In this document: piece after piece, positions 29,393 through 39,040 of the stretch
Numbering within the stretch: the stretch's first letter is position 1
How the letters are laid out: each line of letters begins with the position of its first letter
From: an uncultured Kineothrix sp.
GTDB taxonomy: Bacteria > Bacillota > Clostridia > Lachnospirales > Lachnospiraceae
NCBI GenBank assembly: GCA_910587275.1
Contig: CAJUMD010000005.1
Span: 2,868-66,867, forward strand
DNA: 64,000 bases
Reading direction: 5' to 3'
Notes under the pieces: model-generated
Seen by the model: only the letters and a program-made list of their open reading frames with translations
The model's database searches: none
Told to the model about the DNA's origin: nothing
Translations under genes and position numbers: made by a program

Positions 29393-30019
29393 ATGTACAC
29401 GTATAAAAAGAATATAATGATACTGCTTCTCTGCAACATGATTTTGCTGGTGTCGTGGTTAAACGTAAAGGAACTTCAGGTAAACCGCGTGGCATCCACG
29501 CAGGCATTCCAAATGCAGTTTTTGGAAGACTGTGCCGAGTTGGACGAGTCCAGTTTTATCGGGATGGTTGCCGAAGCGTCTTCGGGGCAAAGGGTCGTAG
29601 ACTACAATGTACTGGAGCGGGAAGCAAAGTATAACCTGTCGGAAGAAGATTACCAGGTGCTTTTGCAGATTGTGGAAGCCGAGGCGGGATGTGAGGACAT
29701 CAAAGGCAAGATGCTGGTGGCAGGGGTCGTTATGAACCGTGTGGAAAGCAGCCAGTTCCCCGATACCGTCAAGGAAGTCGTCTATCAGAAGGAACACGGC
29801 GTGGCGCAGTTTTCGCCGGTGGCAAACGGAAGGCTGGGGCGGACGGACATAAGCGACGAAACAAAGGAAGCCGTAAAAAGAGTGCTTTACGGGGAAGATA
29901 TTACAGAAGGGGCACTGTATTTTGCTTCGCGCAAATACGCGGACCCGGAGCTGATGAAATGGTTTGATAACAGCCTTACTTTGCTGTTTTCTTATGGAGG
30001 GCATGAATTTTTCCTGTGA
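29393..30019 (+). CDS. Cell wall hydrolase, Hydrolase_2 (SleB/CwlJ-like)
   Basis: IVEAEAG.E..GK..VA.VVMNRV....FP.TV..VVYQ...QFSPV, GGHEF; N-terminal TM. Confidence 0.88.
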   Translation: MYTYKKNIMILLLCNMILLVSWLNVKELQVNRVASTQAFQMQFLEDCAELDESSFIGMVAEASSGQRVVDYNVLEREAKYNLSEEDYQVLLQIVEAEAGCEDIKGKMLVAGVVMNRVESSQFPDTVKEVVYQKEHGVAQFSPVANGRLGRTDISDETKEAVKRVLYGEDITEGALYFASRKYADPELMKWFDNSLTLLFSYGGHEFFL

Positions 30020-30050
30020 TTGGATTGGGGAGCCGGACAAAGAAATCGAA

Positions 30051-30079
30051 TTGACTTATAAAAATATCTGTTATATACT
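30051..30079 (+). promoter_or_regulatory. Sigma-A promoter of the pur cluster
   Basis: TTGACT-N17-TATACT. Confidence 0.65.
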
Positions 30080-30138
30080 TCAAAGTGACAGGATTTTGCT
30101 TGAATCATCTTTTGCCGGCAGGCGGAACGGAGGAAAAT

Positions 30139-30843
<705 letters not shown>

Positions 30844-30848
30844 CGCAT

Positions 30849-32297
30849 ATGGAATATACGGAGCGGATGGAAACGAACGGGACGGACAGGCTGAGGGAAG
30901 AATGCGGTGTTTTCGGCATGTATGATTTTTCCGGCGGGGACGTGGCATCTACCATTTATTATGGGTTGTTTGCGCTCCAGCACAGGGGACAGGAGAGCTG
31001 CGGCATCGCGGTCAGCGATACGAACGGACCGAAAGGGAAAGTGGTAAGCGCCAAGGATATGGGGCTTTTGAACGAAGTCTTTACGCCGGAGCTTTTGGAT
31101 ACGTTAAAGGGTGACATCGGCGTTGGGCATGTGCGTTATTCCACGGCGGGAAGCAGCACGAGGGAAAATGCCCAGCCCTTGGTATTAAACTATGTGAAAG
31201 GGACTTTGGGGCTTGCCCATAACGGCAACCTGATTAACGCGCCAGAGCTGCGGCACGAACTGGAATATACGGGGGCGATTTTCCAGACCACCATTGATTC
31301 GGAGGTCATTGCCTACCATATTGCCAGGGAACGTCTGAATTCCGCCACCGTGGAGGAAGCGGTGGGACGTGCCATGCGGAAGATCAAGGGCGCTTATTCA
31401 CTGATTGTGATGTCGCCGAGAAAACTGATTGGGGCGAGGGACCCTTTTGGCTTTAAACCGCTCTGCATCGGGAAAAGGGACAATGCCTATTTTTTGGCTT
31501 CGGAGACCTGCGCTTTGGATACAGTGGGCGCGCAGTACGTCAGGGACGTACTGCCGGGGGAAATCGTGACGATTTCGCCGGAAAAGGGGATAGAGTCCGA
31601 CCGCTCCCTTTGTATCCCGGAAGAAAAACATGCCAGGTGCATTTTTGAATATATTTATTTTGCAAGGCCGGACAGTTACATTGACGGTGTCAGCGTATAT
31701 AATGCGCGGATTTTAGCGGGCAGGTTTCTTGCCATGGATTCGCCTGTGGAGGCGGATTTGGTGGTGGGCGTGCCGGAATCGGGCAACTGTGCGGCACTCG
31801 GGTATTCGCTGCAGTCGGGCATCCCTTACGGGCAGGCATTTGTGAAGAATACATACGTGGGGCGCACGTTCATAAAACCCAAACAGAAAAGCAGGGAGAG
31901 CAGTGTGCGCGTGAAACTGAATGTGCTGCGGGAAGCCGTGGAAGGAAAGCGGATTGTCATGATTGACGATTCCATCGTGCGGGGGACGACTTCCGGCCGT
32001 ATCGTGCATATGCTGCGGGAAGCGGGGGCGGAAGAAGTGCATATGCGGATTAGCTCCCCGCCTTTTTTGTGGCCCTGTTATTTCGGTACGGATGTACCGG
32101 CAAAGGAGCAGCTCATTGCCCACGGGCGTACCGTGGAGGAAATCTGCGGCATGATAGGAGCCGACTCTTTGGCTTATCTGAAAGAAGAACGGCTGGGGGA
32201 AATGGCGGGCGGTCTTGGCATCTGCAGGGGATGTTTTAACGGCAGGTATCCCATGGAACCGCCGGCAGGGGATATCCGAGGGGATTATGAGCGGTAA
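30849..32297 (+). CDS. purF: Amidophosphoribosyltransferase (canonical, with propeptide and Cys1)
   Basis: REECGVFG, LQHRGQE, GHVRYST, HNGN, DDSIVRGTT, Fe-S cysteines. Confidence 0.96.
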   Translation: MEYTERMETNGTDRLREECGVFGMYDFSGGDVASTIYYGLFALQHRGQESCGIAVSDTNGPKGKVVSAKDMGLLNEVFTPELLDTLKGDIGVGHVRYSTAGSSTRENAQPLVLNYVKGTLGLAHNGNLINAPELRHELEYTGAIFQTTIDSEVIAYHIARERLNSATVEEAVGRAMRKIKGAYSLIVMSPRKLIGARDPFGFKPLCIGKRDNAYFLASETCALDTVGAQYVRDVLPGEIVTISPEKGIESDRSLCIPEEKHARCIFEYIYFARPDSYIDGVSVYNARILAGRFLAMDSPVEADLVVGVPESGNCAALGYSLQSGIPYGQAFVKNTYVGRTFIKPKQKSRESSVRVKLNVLREAVEGKRIVMIDDSIVRGTTSGRIVHMLREAGAEEVHMRISSPPFLWPCYFGTDVPAKEQLIAHGRTVEEICGMIGADSLAYLKEERLGEMAGGLGICRGCFNGRYPMEPPAGDIRGDYER

Positions 32298-32378
32298 GGA
32301 ACGGCGGAACTATTCATGAAAATTTATGAAAAATGCATGAAAACCGTAAAAAACCGTGAAATCAGAGAGGAGAGGTTT

Positions 32379-33812
32379 ATGAGTACAGACAGATATCAGA
32401 GTCCGCTTTCGGAACGATATGCCAGCAGGGAAATGCAGTATATCTTTTCGCCGGACATGAAGTTCCGTACATGGAGGAAATTGTGGATTGCCCTGGCGGA
32501 GACGGAAAAGGAACTGGGGCTTCCTATTACGCAGGAGCAGATTGACGAGTTAAAAGCAAATGCGGAGGATATTAATTACGATGTGGCAAAGGCGAGGGAG
32601 AAGGAAGTCCGCCATGATGTCATGAGTCATGTGTATGCATACGGGGTACAGTGTCCGAAAGCGAAAGGTATCATCCATTTGGGTGCCACATCCTGCTATG
32701 TGGGTGACAACACGGATATCATCGTAATGACGGAAGCGCTTAAGCTGGTGAAAAAGAAACTGGTGAATGTGATGAAGGAACTTGCCGATTTTGCGGAGGA
32801 ATACAAGGCGCAGCCAACGCTTGCTTTTACCCATTTCCAACCGGCGCAGCCAACTACTGTGGGAAAGAGGGCGACGCTTTGGCTGCAGGAGTTCTTCCTT
32901 GATTTGGAGGATTTGGAGCATGTGCTTTCCCATATGAAACTTTTGGGCTCTAAGGGAACCACGGGAACGCAGGCTTCTTTTTTGGAGCTTTTTGACGGGA
33001 ATCAGGAAACCATCGATAAGATAGACCCGATGATTGCGGAAAAAATGGGCTTTGCGGAATGTTATCCGGTGTCGGGCCAGACGTATTCCCGCAAGGTGGA
33101 TACGAGGGTCGTAAACGTACTGGCAGGCATTGCGGCAAGCGCCCATAAGATGTCCAATGATATCCGGCTGCTCCAGCATTTGAAGGAAGTGGAGGAACCG
33201 TTTGAAAAGAGCCAGATCGGGTCTTCCGCCATGGCGTATAAGCGCAATCCCATGCGGAGCGAAAGGATTGCTTCCCTTTCCCGTTATGTGATGGCGGATG
33301 CGCTAAATCCCGCCATTACTTCGGCAACCCAGTGGTTTGAGCGGACGTTGGATGATTCGGCGAACAAAAGGCTCTCCATACCGGAAGGCTTCCTTGCCGT
33401 GGACGGCATCCTGGATTTGTGCCTGAACGTGGTGGACGGTTTGGTGGTTTACCCGAAAGTCATCGAGAAACGGCTGATGAGTGAGCTGCCGTTTATGGCA
33501 ACGGAGAATATCATGATGGATGCGGTAAAGGCAGGGGGGGACAGGCAGGAACTGCATGAGAAAATCCGCACACTTTCCATGGAAGCTGGAAGGAATGTGA
33601 AAGTGGAAGGAAAGGACAATAATTTACTGGAATTGATTGCGGCAGACCCTGCGTTTAACATGACCCTGGAGGACCTGCAAAAGACCATGGACCCGTCTAA
33701 ATACGTAGGGCGTTCCAAGGAGCAGGTGGAGGCATTTCTTTCCGGTATCATCCGTCCCCTGTTGGAGAAGCATAAGGAACTGCTTGGCGTGAAAGCGGAG
33801 ATTAACGTATAG
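32379..33812 (+). CDS. purB: Adenylosuccinate lyase
   Basis: YQSPLSERYAS, IHLGATS, GSSAMAYKRNP. Confidence 0.95.
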   Translation: MSTDRYQSPLSERYASREMQYIFSPDMKFRTWRKLWIALAETEKELGLPITQEQIDELKANAEDINYDVAKAREKEVRHDVMSHVYAYGVQCPKAKGIIHLGATSCYVGDNTDIIVMTEALKLVKKKLVNVMKELADFAEEYKAQPTLAFTHFQPAQPTTVGKRATLWLQEFFLDLEDLEHVLSHMKLLGSKGTTGTQASFLELFDGNQETIDKIDPMIAEKMGFAECYPVSGQTYSRKVDTRVVNVLAGIAASAHKMSNDIRLLQHLKEVEEPFEKSQIGSSAMAYKRNPMRSERIASLSRYVMADALNPAITSATQWFERTLDDSANKRLSIPEGFLAVDGILDLCLNVVDGLVVYPKVIEKRLMSELPFMATENIMMDAVKAGGDRQELHEKIRTLSMEAGRNVKVEGKDNNLLELIAADPAFNMTLEDLQKTMDPSKYVGRSKEQVEAFLSGIIRPLLEKHKELLGVKAEINV

Positions 33813-33876
33813 GAAATATATGTACCGTAAAAAGGAAGCCGAACGGCTGAGGTACATTTAGGAATGAGGATAATTT

Positions 33877-35280
33877 ATGGGTGGATTTTTTGGAGTGGCA
33901 TCAAAGAAGGATTGCTTGTTTGATTTGTTTTTCGGGACGGATTACCATTCCCATTTGGGTACGAGGCGGGCGGGACTGGCGGTATACGGGGAAAAGGGGT
34001 TTGACCGCGCTATCCACAATATCGAGAATGCGCCGTTCCGTACCAAGTTCGATAAAGACTTAAACGAAATGAAAGGCTATTTGGGAATTGGCTGCATCTC
34101 TGATTATGAGCCGCAGCCGTTAATCGTTCGGTCCCACCACGGTACCTATGCCATAGAAACGGTAGGGAAGATTAACAATACGGATAAAATCGTGGAGCAG
34201 GTATTCCGGTCGGGGCATTCTCACTTTTTGGAAATGAGCGGCGGGGATATCAATGCCACGGAACTGGTGGCGGCAATTATTAACCAAAAGGAAAACCTTG
34301 TGGATGGCATCCGGTATGCGCAGGAAATCATAGACGGTTCCATGACCATACTGTTAATGACCGCAAAAGGCATCTATGCGGCAAGGGACCGGATGGGAAG
34401 GACACCCGTGGCGCTGGGAAAAAAGGAGGATGCATACTGTATTTCCTTTGAGAGCTTTGCTTATTTGAACCTTGGGTATACCGGGGAGAGAGAGCTTGGA
34501 CCGGGGGAAGTGGTTATCGTGACGCCGGAGGGAGTCCATACGCTTGCCGCACCGGGGAAAGACATGAAGATATGTACGTTTTTGTGGGTTTATTACGGCT
34601 ACCCGTCTTCTTCCTATGAGGGAATCAGCGTGGAAAAGATGCGGTATAACTGCGGCTCGCTGCTTGCCAAAAGAGATGACGCGCAGCCCGATATTGTGGC
34701 AGGAGTGCCGGATTCCGGGACGCCCCATGCCATCGGTTATTCCAATGAGTCGGGGATTCCTTTTTCCCGTCCGTTCATTAAGTATACGCCCACATGGCCC
34801 CGTTCTTTTATGCCGACGATACAGAGCCAAAGGAACCTGATTGCGAAGATGAAACTGATTCCCGTCCATGATTTGATTCAGGACAAGAGCCTTCTTTTAA
34901 TCGACGATTCCATTGTCAGGGGAACCCAGCTTAGGGAGACTACGGAGTTCCTATACCAAAGCGGCGCGAAGGAAGTGCATATCCGCCCGGCGTGCCCGCC
35001 GTTGCTTTACGGCTGTAAATACTTGAATTTCTCCCGTTCCACTTCGGAAATGGATCTGATTACCCGCAGGGTATTAAAAGATTTGGAGCGGGAAGGCAGG
35101 TTTACCCGTTTAGAGGCTTATTCGGACCCGGAAACGGAGGAATACGGGGAAATGCTGGAGCGCATCAGGAAGCAGCTTAATTTTACTTCCCTGCGTTACC
35201 ACCGGCTGGACGATATGATGGAGTCGGTGGGGATTGAGCGGTGTAAACTGTGCACGTATTGTTGGGATGGGAAGGAATAG
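33877..35280 (+). CDS. Amidophosphoribosyltransferase paralogue lacking the glutaminase nucleophile
   Basis: PRTase motif IDDSIVRGT and Fe-S cysteines are present; the N-terminus MGGFFG has no Cys1. Confidence 0.88.
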   Translation: MGGFFGVASKKDCLFDLFFGTDYHSHLGTRRAGLAVYGEKGFDRAIHNIENAPFRTKFDKDLNEMKGYLGIGCISDYEPQPLIVRSHHGTYAIETVGKINNTDKIVEQVFRSGHSHFLEMSGGDINATELVAAIINQKENLVDGIRYAQEIIDGSMTILLMTAKGIYAARDRMGRTPVALGKKEDAYCISFESFAYLNLGYTGERELGPGEVVIVTPEGVHTLAAPGKDMKICTFLWVYYGYPSSSYEGISVEKMRYNCGSLLAKRDDAQPDIVAGVPDSGTPHAIGYSNESGIPFSRPFIKYTPTWPRSFMPTIQSQRNLIAKMKLIPVHDLIQDKSLLLIDDSIVRGTQLRETTEFLYQSGAKEVHIRPACPPLLYGCKYLNFSRSTSEMDLITRRVLKDLEREGRFTRLEAYSDPETEEYGEMLERIRKQLNFTSLRYHRLDDMMESVGIERCKLCTYCWDGKE

Positions 35281-35303
35281 GTCTGTTTTTGACGGAGGGG
35301 GAT

Positions 35304-35389
35304 GCACGTAAGCGTAAACGGAACACCCTGCCCGGTCTGCGGATGTCACTCCGCCGTCCGGGCAGGGTGTTTTGCTTACGCTTACGTGC
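35304..35389. repeat. 86-nt imperfect palindrome (REP/MITE-like)
   Basis: GCACGTAAGCGTAA...AACACCCTGCCCGG..GCGGA-loop-TCCGC..CCGGGCAGGGTGTT...TTACGCTTACGTGC. Confidence 0.8.
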
Positions 35390-35544
35390 CGGCAAGGGCG
35401 GTTATGGTGGAGGGGGGTCCATTACAGGGAATTGGCTGTGCGGAAAAGCATAAAAATTATGTAATTTGTATAGATAAAATGCATAAAAACGAAAGATATA
35501 ATTTTGCTAATAGTGACAAAGATACAAAAAAAGCAAAAAAAGAC

Positions 35545-35573
35545 TTGCAATTTTTAGTGAGGAATGATATTCT
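35545..35573 (+). promoter_or_regulatory. Sigma-A promoter of the sugar ABC operon
   Basis: TTGCAA-N17-TATTCT with TGn extension. Confidence 0.65.
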
Positions 35574-35584
35574 CAAGATGTAAT

Positions 35585-35621
35585 CGGAAACGTTACCGAA
35601 AACGATACCGAAACCGTTACC
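35585..35621. promoter_or_regulatory. Three tandem LacI-type operator-like 12-mers
   Basis: CGGAAACGTTAC CGAAAACGATAC CGAAACCGTTAC; the first extends to the near-palindrome CGGAAACGTTACCG. Confidence 0.65.
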
Positions 35622-35692
35622 AAATAGGAATTGGCGGGTAAGTTGACGGAAACGGGAAACAGTATTTCAGCAGAAAAGGAGAGATAAGTATT

Positions 35693-37138
35693 ATGAAAAA
35701 GAAATTAATCAGTGCATTACTTTGTGCAGCAATGGTTTCTTCCATGTTAGTCGGCTGCGGCGGCACTTCCGAAGCGCCGGCGGAATCGGCACCGGCAGAC
35801 AGCGCGGCACCGGCGGAGACGGCACCGGCAGAAACGGCACCGGCAGAAACGGCACCGGCAGAAAATGCGGAACCGGCAGGCGACAGCGCAGCGGCAGGTG
35901 AGGGTTCCGTATATTACCTGAACTTCAAACCGGAAGTTGACGCACAGTGGCAGGAAATCGCGGCAGCTTACACGCAGGAAACAGGAGTTCCCGTAAAAGT
36001 GGTAACTGCGGCAAGCGGCACTTATGAAGAAGTATTGAAATCGGAAATCGCAGGCTCCGATGCACCGACCCTGTTCCAGATTAACGGACCGGTAGGTTAC
36101 AGCAGTTGGAAAGATTACTGCCTTGATTTATCGGGTTCCGACCTTTACAATAACCTTTCCGACAAAGGCCTTGCGGTAACGGGCGATGACGGCGGCGTAT
36201 ACGGTGTTCCTTATACCGTGGAAGCATACGGAATCATTTATAACGATGCCATCATGCAGGCATATTTCGCAACCGAAGGCGCGAAAGCGGCAAACGTGGA
36301 TGAAATCAACAGCTTTGCAAAATTAAAGGAAGTTGTGGAAGACATGACCGCAAAGAAAGATGCGCTTGGCATCCAGGGTGTATTCGCTTCCACTTCCCTG
36401 CTTCCCGGTGAAGACTGGAGATGGCAGACCCACCTTGCAAACCTTCCGGTATACTATGAATACAAAGACAACGGCGTAAACGATATGGCTGAGATTACCT
36501 TTAAATATTCCGATAATTTCAAAAATATCTTCGACCTGTACATCAACAACTCCACCTGCGCACCGGGACTTCTCGGAAGCAAGGCAGTGACCGACTCCAT
36601 GGCTGAATTTGCACTCGGACAGTGTGCGATGGTACAGAACGGTAACTGGGCATGGGGACAGGTTGCAGACGTAGACGGCAATACCGTAAAAGAAGAAGAC
36701 ATTAAGTTCATGCCGATTTACACGGGTGTATCCGGCGAGGAAAGCCAGGGTCTTTGCACCGGTACGGAAAACTTTTGGTGTGTAAACAAACAGGCATCCG
36801 AAGCGGACCAGAAAGCAACGCTTGATTTTGTGAACTGGATGATTTCTTCCGAAGCAGGAAAGAACTACATGTTGAACTCTTTAGGCAACGCGGCTCCGTT
36901 CTCTACCTTCGGTGACAGCGAAAAGCCTTCCGATCCTTTGGCAAAAGAAATGTACCGCTTCATGGAAAACGGCAAGAACAGTGTAACCTGGAACTTCACC
37001 ACATTCCCCAGCCAGGCATTCAAGGATGATTTCGGCGCAGCTTTGCTGGAATACTGCAACGGCAACATGAGCTGGGATGACGTAAAGAACCTGGTGGTAA
37101 CAAGATGGGCTGAGGAGAAATCCGCAACGGCACAGTAA
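35693..37138 (+). CDS. Carbohydrate ABC transporter substrate-binding lipoprotein
   Basis: Lipobox LVGC, YYLNFKPE, AMVQNGNW; highly biased codon usage. Confidence 0.92.
   Translation: MKKKLISALLCAAMVSSMLVGCGGTSEAPAESAPADSAAPAETAPAETAPAETAPAENAEPAGDSAAAGEGSVYYLNFKPEVDAQWQEIAAAYTQETGVPVKVVTAASGTYEEVLKSEIAGSDAPTLFQINGPVGYSSWKDYCLDLSGSDLYNNLSDKGLAVTGDDGGVYGVPYTVEAYGIIYNDAIMQAYFATEGAKAANVDEINSFAKLKEVVEDMTAKKDALGIQGVFASTSLLPGEDWRWQTHLANLPVYYEYKDNGVNDMAEITFKYSDNFKNIFDLYINNSTCAPGLLGSKAVTDSMAEFALGQCAMVQNGNWAWGQVADVDGNTVKEEDIKFMPIYTGVSGEESQGLCTGTENFWCVNKQASEADQKATLDFVNWMISSEAGKNYMLNSLGNAAPFSTFGDSEKPSDPLAKEMYRFMENGKNSVTWNFTTFPSQAFKDDFGAALLEYCNGNMSWDDVKNLVVTRWAEEKSATAQ
35774..35866 (+). repeat. In-frame 15-bp repeats encoding an (APAET)n linker
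   Basis: About six GCACCGGCAGAAACG-like units, four in direct tandem at 35807-35866. Confidence 0.85.
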
Positions 37139-37233
37139 ATATATGATACAATAAAACAAGGCACAAAATAAATAAGAACCGGATTTAACAGAAATCAGAT
37201 TTAATAAGAATCAGATGTGCAAGCCTTGCAGGG

Positions 37234-37265
37234 AACGCCCCACAGCCTCGGCTGTGGGGCGTTTT
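37234..37265 (+). terminator. Stem-loop after the SBP gene (partial terminator or mRNA stabiliser)
   Basis: AACGCCCCACAGC-CTCG-GCTGTGGGGCGTTTT. Confidence 0.8.
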
Positions 37266-37312
37266 GTAAGGAAATTGGTCCAAACAGGGGCGGTTGAGAA
37301 GGAGGATGGACA

Positions 37313-38158
37313 ATGGAAAAAACATTAAAAAGGTATTTTATGATTTTTACCCTGCCTACCGTAATTGCGTTTGCATTCGCATTTATCATTCCGTTTGCAC
37401 AAGGTGTGTATTTATCCTTTTGCAAATTTACCACGGTAGACAATGCTACGTTTGTGGGGCTGGCAAATTACAAAACGGCTTTTGAAAGCGGTCAGGGATT
37501 TACCAGCGCGTTGGGATTTACGGCAGCATTTACGATTATCAGTGTACTTACCATTAACCTGCTTGCGTTTACGATTGCATTGCTGCTGACAAGGAAAGTG
37601 GCAGGGACGAACGTTTTCAGGACGATATTTTTCATGCCGAACTTAATCGGCGGTATTGTACTCGGCTACACATGGCAGCAGATGATTAACGCTATTTTAT
37701 ATAGATATGAAACAACGATTGTATCCAATGCCAAATTCGGTTTTTGGGGTTTGGTAATACTGATGAACTGGCAGATGATCGGTTACATGATGATTATTTA
37801 CATCGCGGGACTGCAGAACGTGCCGATGGAACTGATTGAGGCGGCAAAAATCGACGGCGCAACGCCCTGGCAGACTTTGATAAAAGTGAAAGTACCCATG
37901 GTTATGTCTTCGATTACGATTTGTATGTTTTTAACATTGTCCAACAGCTTCAAACTGTTCGACCAGAACAAGGCGCTGACGGACGGCGCACCGATGAAGC
38001 GGACACAGATGCTTGCTCTGAACATCTACGAGACCTTCTATGGAAGGACCGGGTACGAAGGTGTGGGTCAGGCAAAGGCAGTTTTGTTTTTTGTAATCGT
38101 GGTGGTCATCGCATTGGCACAGTTGTCCTTTACAAGGAGTAAGGAGGTAGAGCAATAA
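37313..38158 (+). CDS. Carbohydrate ABC transporter permease (MalF-like)
   Basis: FVGLANY, EAAKIDGA. Confidence 0.93.
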   Translation: MEKTLKRYFMIFTLPTVIAFAFAFIIPFAQGVYLSFCKFTTVDNATFVGLANYKTAFESGQGFTSALGFTAAFTIISVLTINLLAFTIALLLTRKVAGTNVFRTIFFMPNLIGGIVLGYTWQQMINAILYRYETTIVSNAKFGFWGLVILMNWQMIGYMMIIYIAGLQNVPMELIEAAKIDGATPWQTLIKVKVPMVMSSITICMFLTLSNSFKLFDQNKALTDGAPMKRTQMLALNIYETFYGRTGYEGVGQAKAVLFFVIVVVIALAQLSFTRSKEVEQ

Positions 38159-39003
38159 TGATGTCAGCAAAAACCAAGGCTTCCAATAAAGTGATTTTTG
38201 TGGTATTATGTATCGTAGCGGTAGCAATCCTGTACCCTTTGTTGTTTATCCTGAATAACTCTTTTAAAGGGAAATTTTACATAAGTTCCGACCCGTTCTC
38301 GCTTCCCACGGGGGAAACGTTTGCAGGGATGACGAATTATGTGAACGGTCTGATTAAGACGGGGCTTTTGAATGCCATCGGCTGGTCATTTTTCATCACG
38401 ATTATTTCCGTGGTACTGTTGATTCTTTTTACGTCCATGACGGCATATTACATCACAAGGGTAAAATCCGTATATGCCACGGTGCTTTATTACATGTTCG
38501 TATTTTCCATGATTGTGCCGTTTCAGATGGTAATGTTTACGATGACGAGCCTGGCGGATAAATTCCATTTGCGGAGCCCTTTGGGTATGTGCGTACTGTA
38601 CCTTGGGTTTGGCGCAGGGCTGTCGGTATTCATGTTTTCGGGATTTATTAAATCCATCCCCCTTGAGATTGAAGAAGCGGCAATGATTGACGGATGCAAT
38701 CCGCTCCAAACCTTTTTTGGCGTGGTGTTCCCGATTTTAAAGCCTACGGCGATTACGGTGGCGATTTTGAATGCAATGTGGATTTGGAACGACTTCCTGC
38801 TTCCATATCTGGTAATCGGTATCAGCACAAAGTACAAAACCATTCCGGTCGTGGTACAGATGCTGGTGGGGTCCAACGGTAATAAGGATATGGGCGCCCT
38901 GATGGCGATGCTCGTCCTTTCCATCATCCCGATTATTATTTTCTATCTGACATGTCAGAAATATATTATTGAAGGTGTGGTTGCCGGAGCAGTGAAAGGT
39001 TAA
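38158..39003 (+). CDS. Carbohydrate ABC transporter permease (MalG-like)
   Basis: EEAAMIDG, WNDFLLP, GAVKG. Confidence 0.93.
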   Translation: MMSAKTKASNKVIFVVLCIVAVAILYPLLFILNNSFKGKFYISSDPFSLPTGETFAGMTNYVNGLIKTGLLNAIGWSFFITIISVVLLILFTSMTAYYITRVKSVYATVLYYMFVFSMIVPFQMVMFTMTSLADKFHLRSPLGMCVLYLGFGAGLSVFMFSGFIKSIPLEIEEAAMIDGCNPLQTFFGVVFPILKPTAITVAILNAMWIWNDFLLPYLVIGISTKYKTIPVVVQMLVGSNGNKDMGALMAMLVLSIIPIIIFYLTCQKYIIEGVVAGAVKG

Positions 39004-39040
39004 GCTACCGGCAGCTTAACCCGAAAGGAGCAAAGCAGCA

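Noticed and set aside
30080..30138. Purine or ZTP riboswitch before purC
   Set aside because: The leader is only ~55 nt and lacks the conserved aptamer motifs.
35774..35866. APAET repeat as a phase-variation switch
   Set aside because: The 15-bp unit keeps the frame; it is a typical flexible lipoprotein tether.
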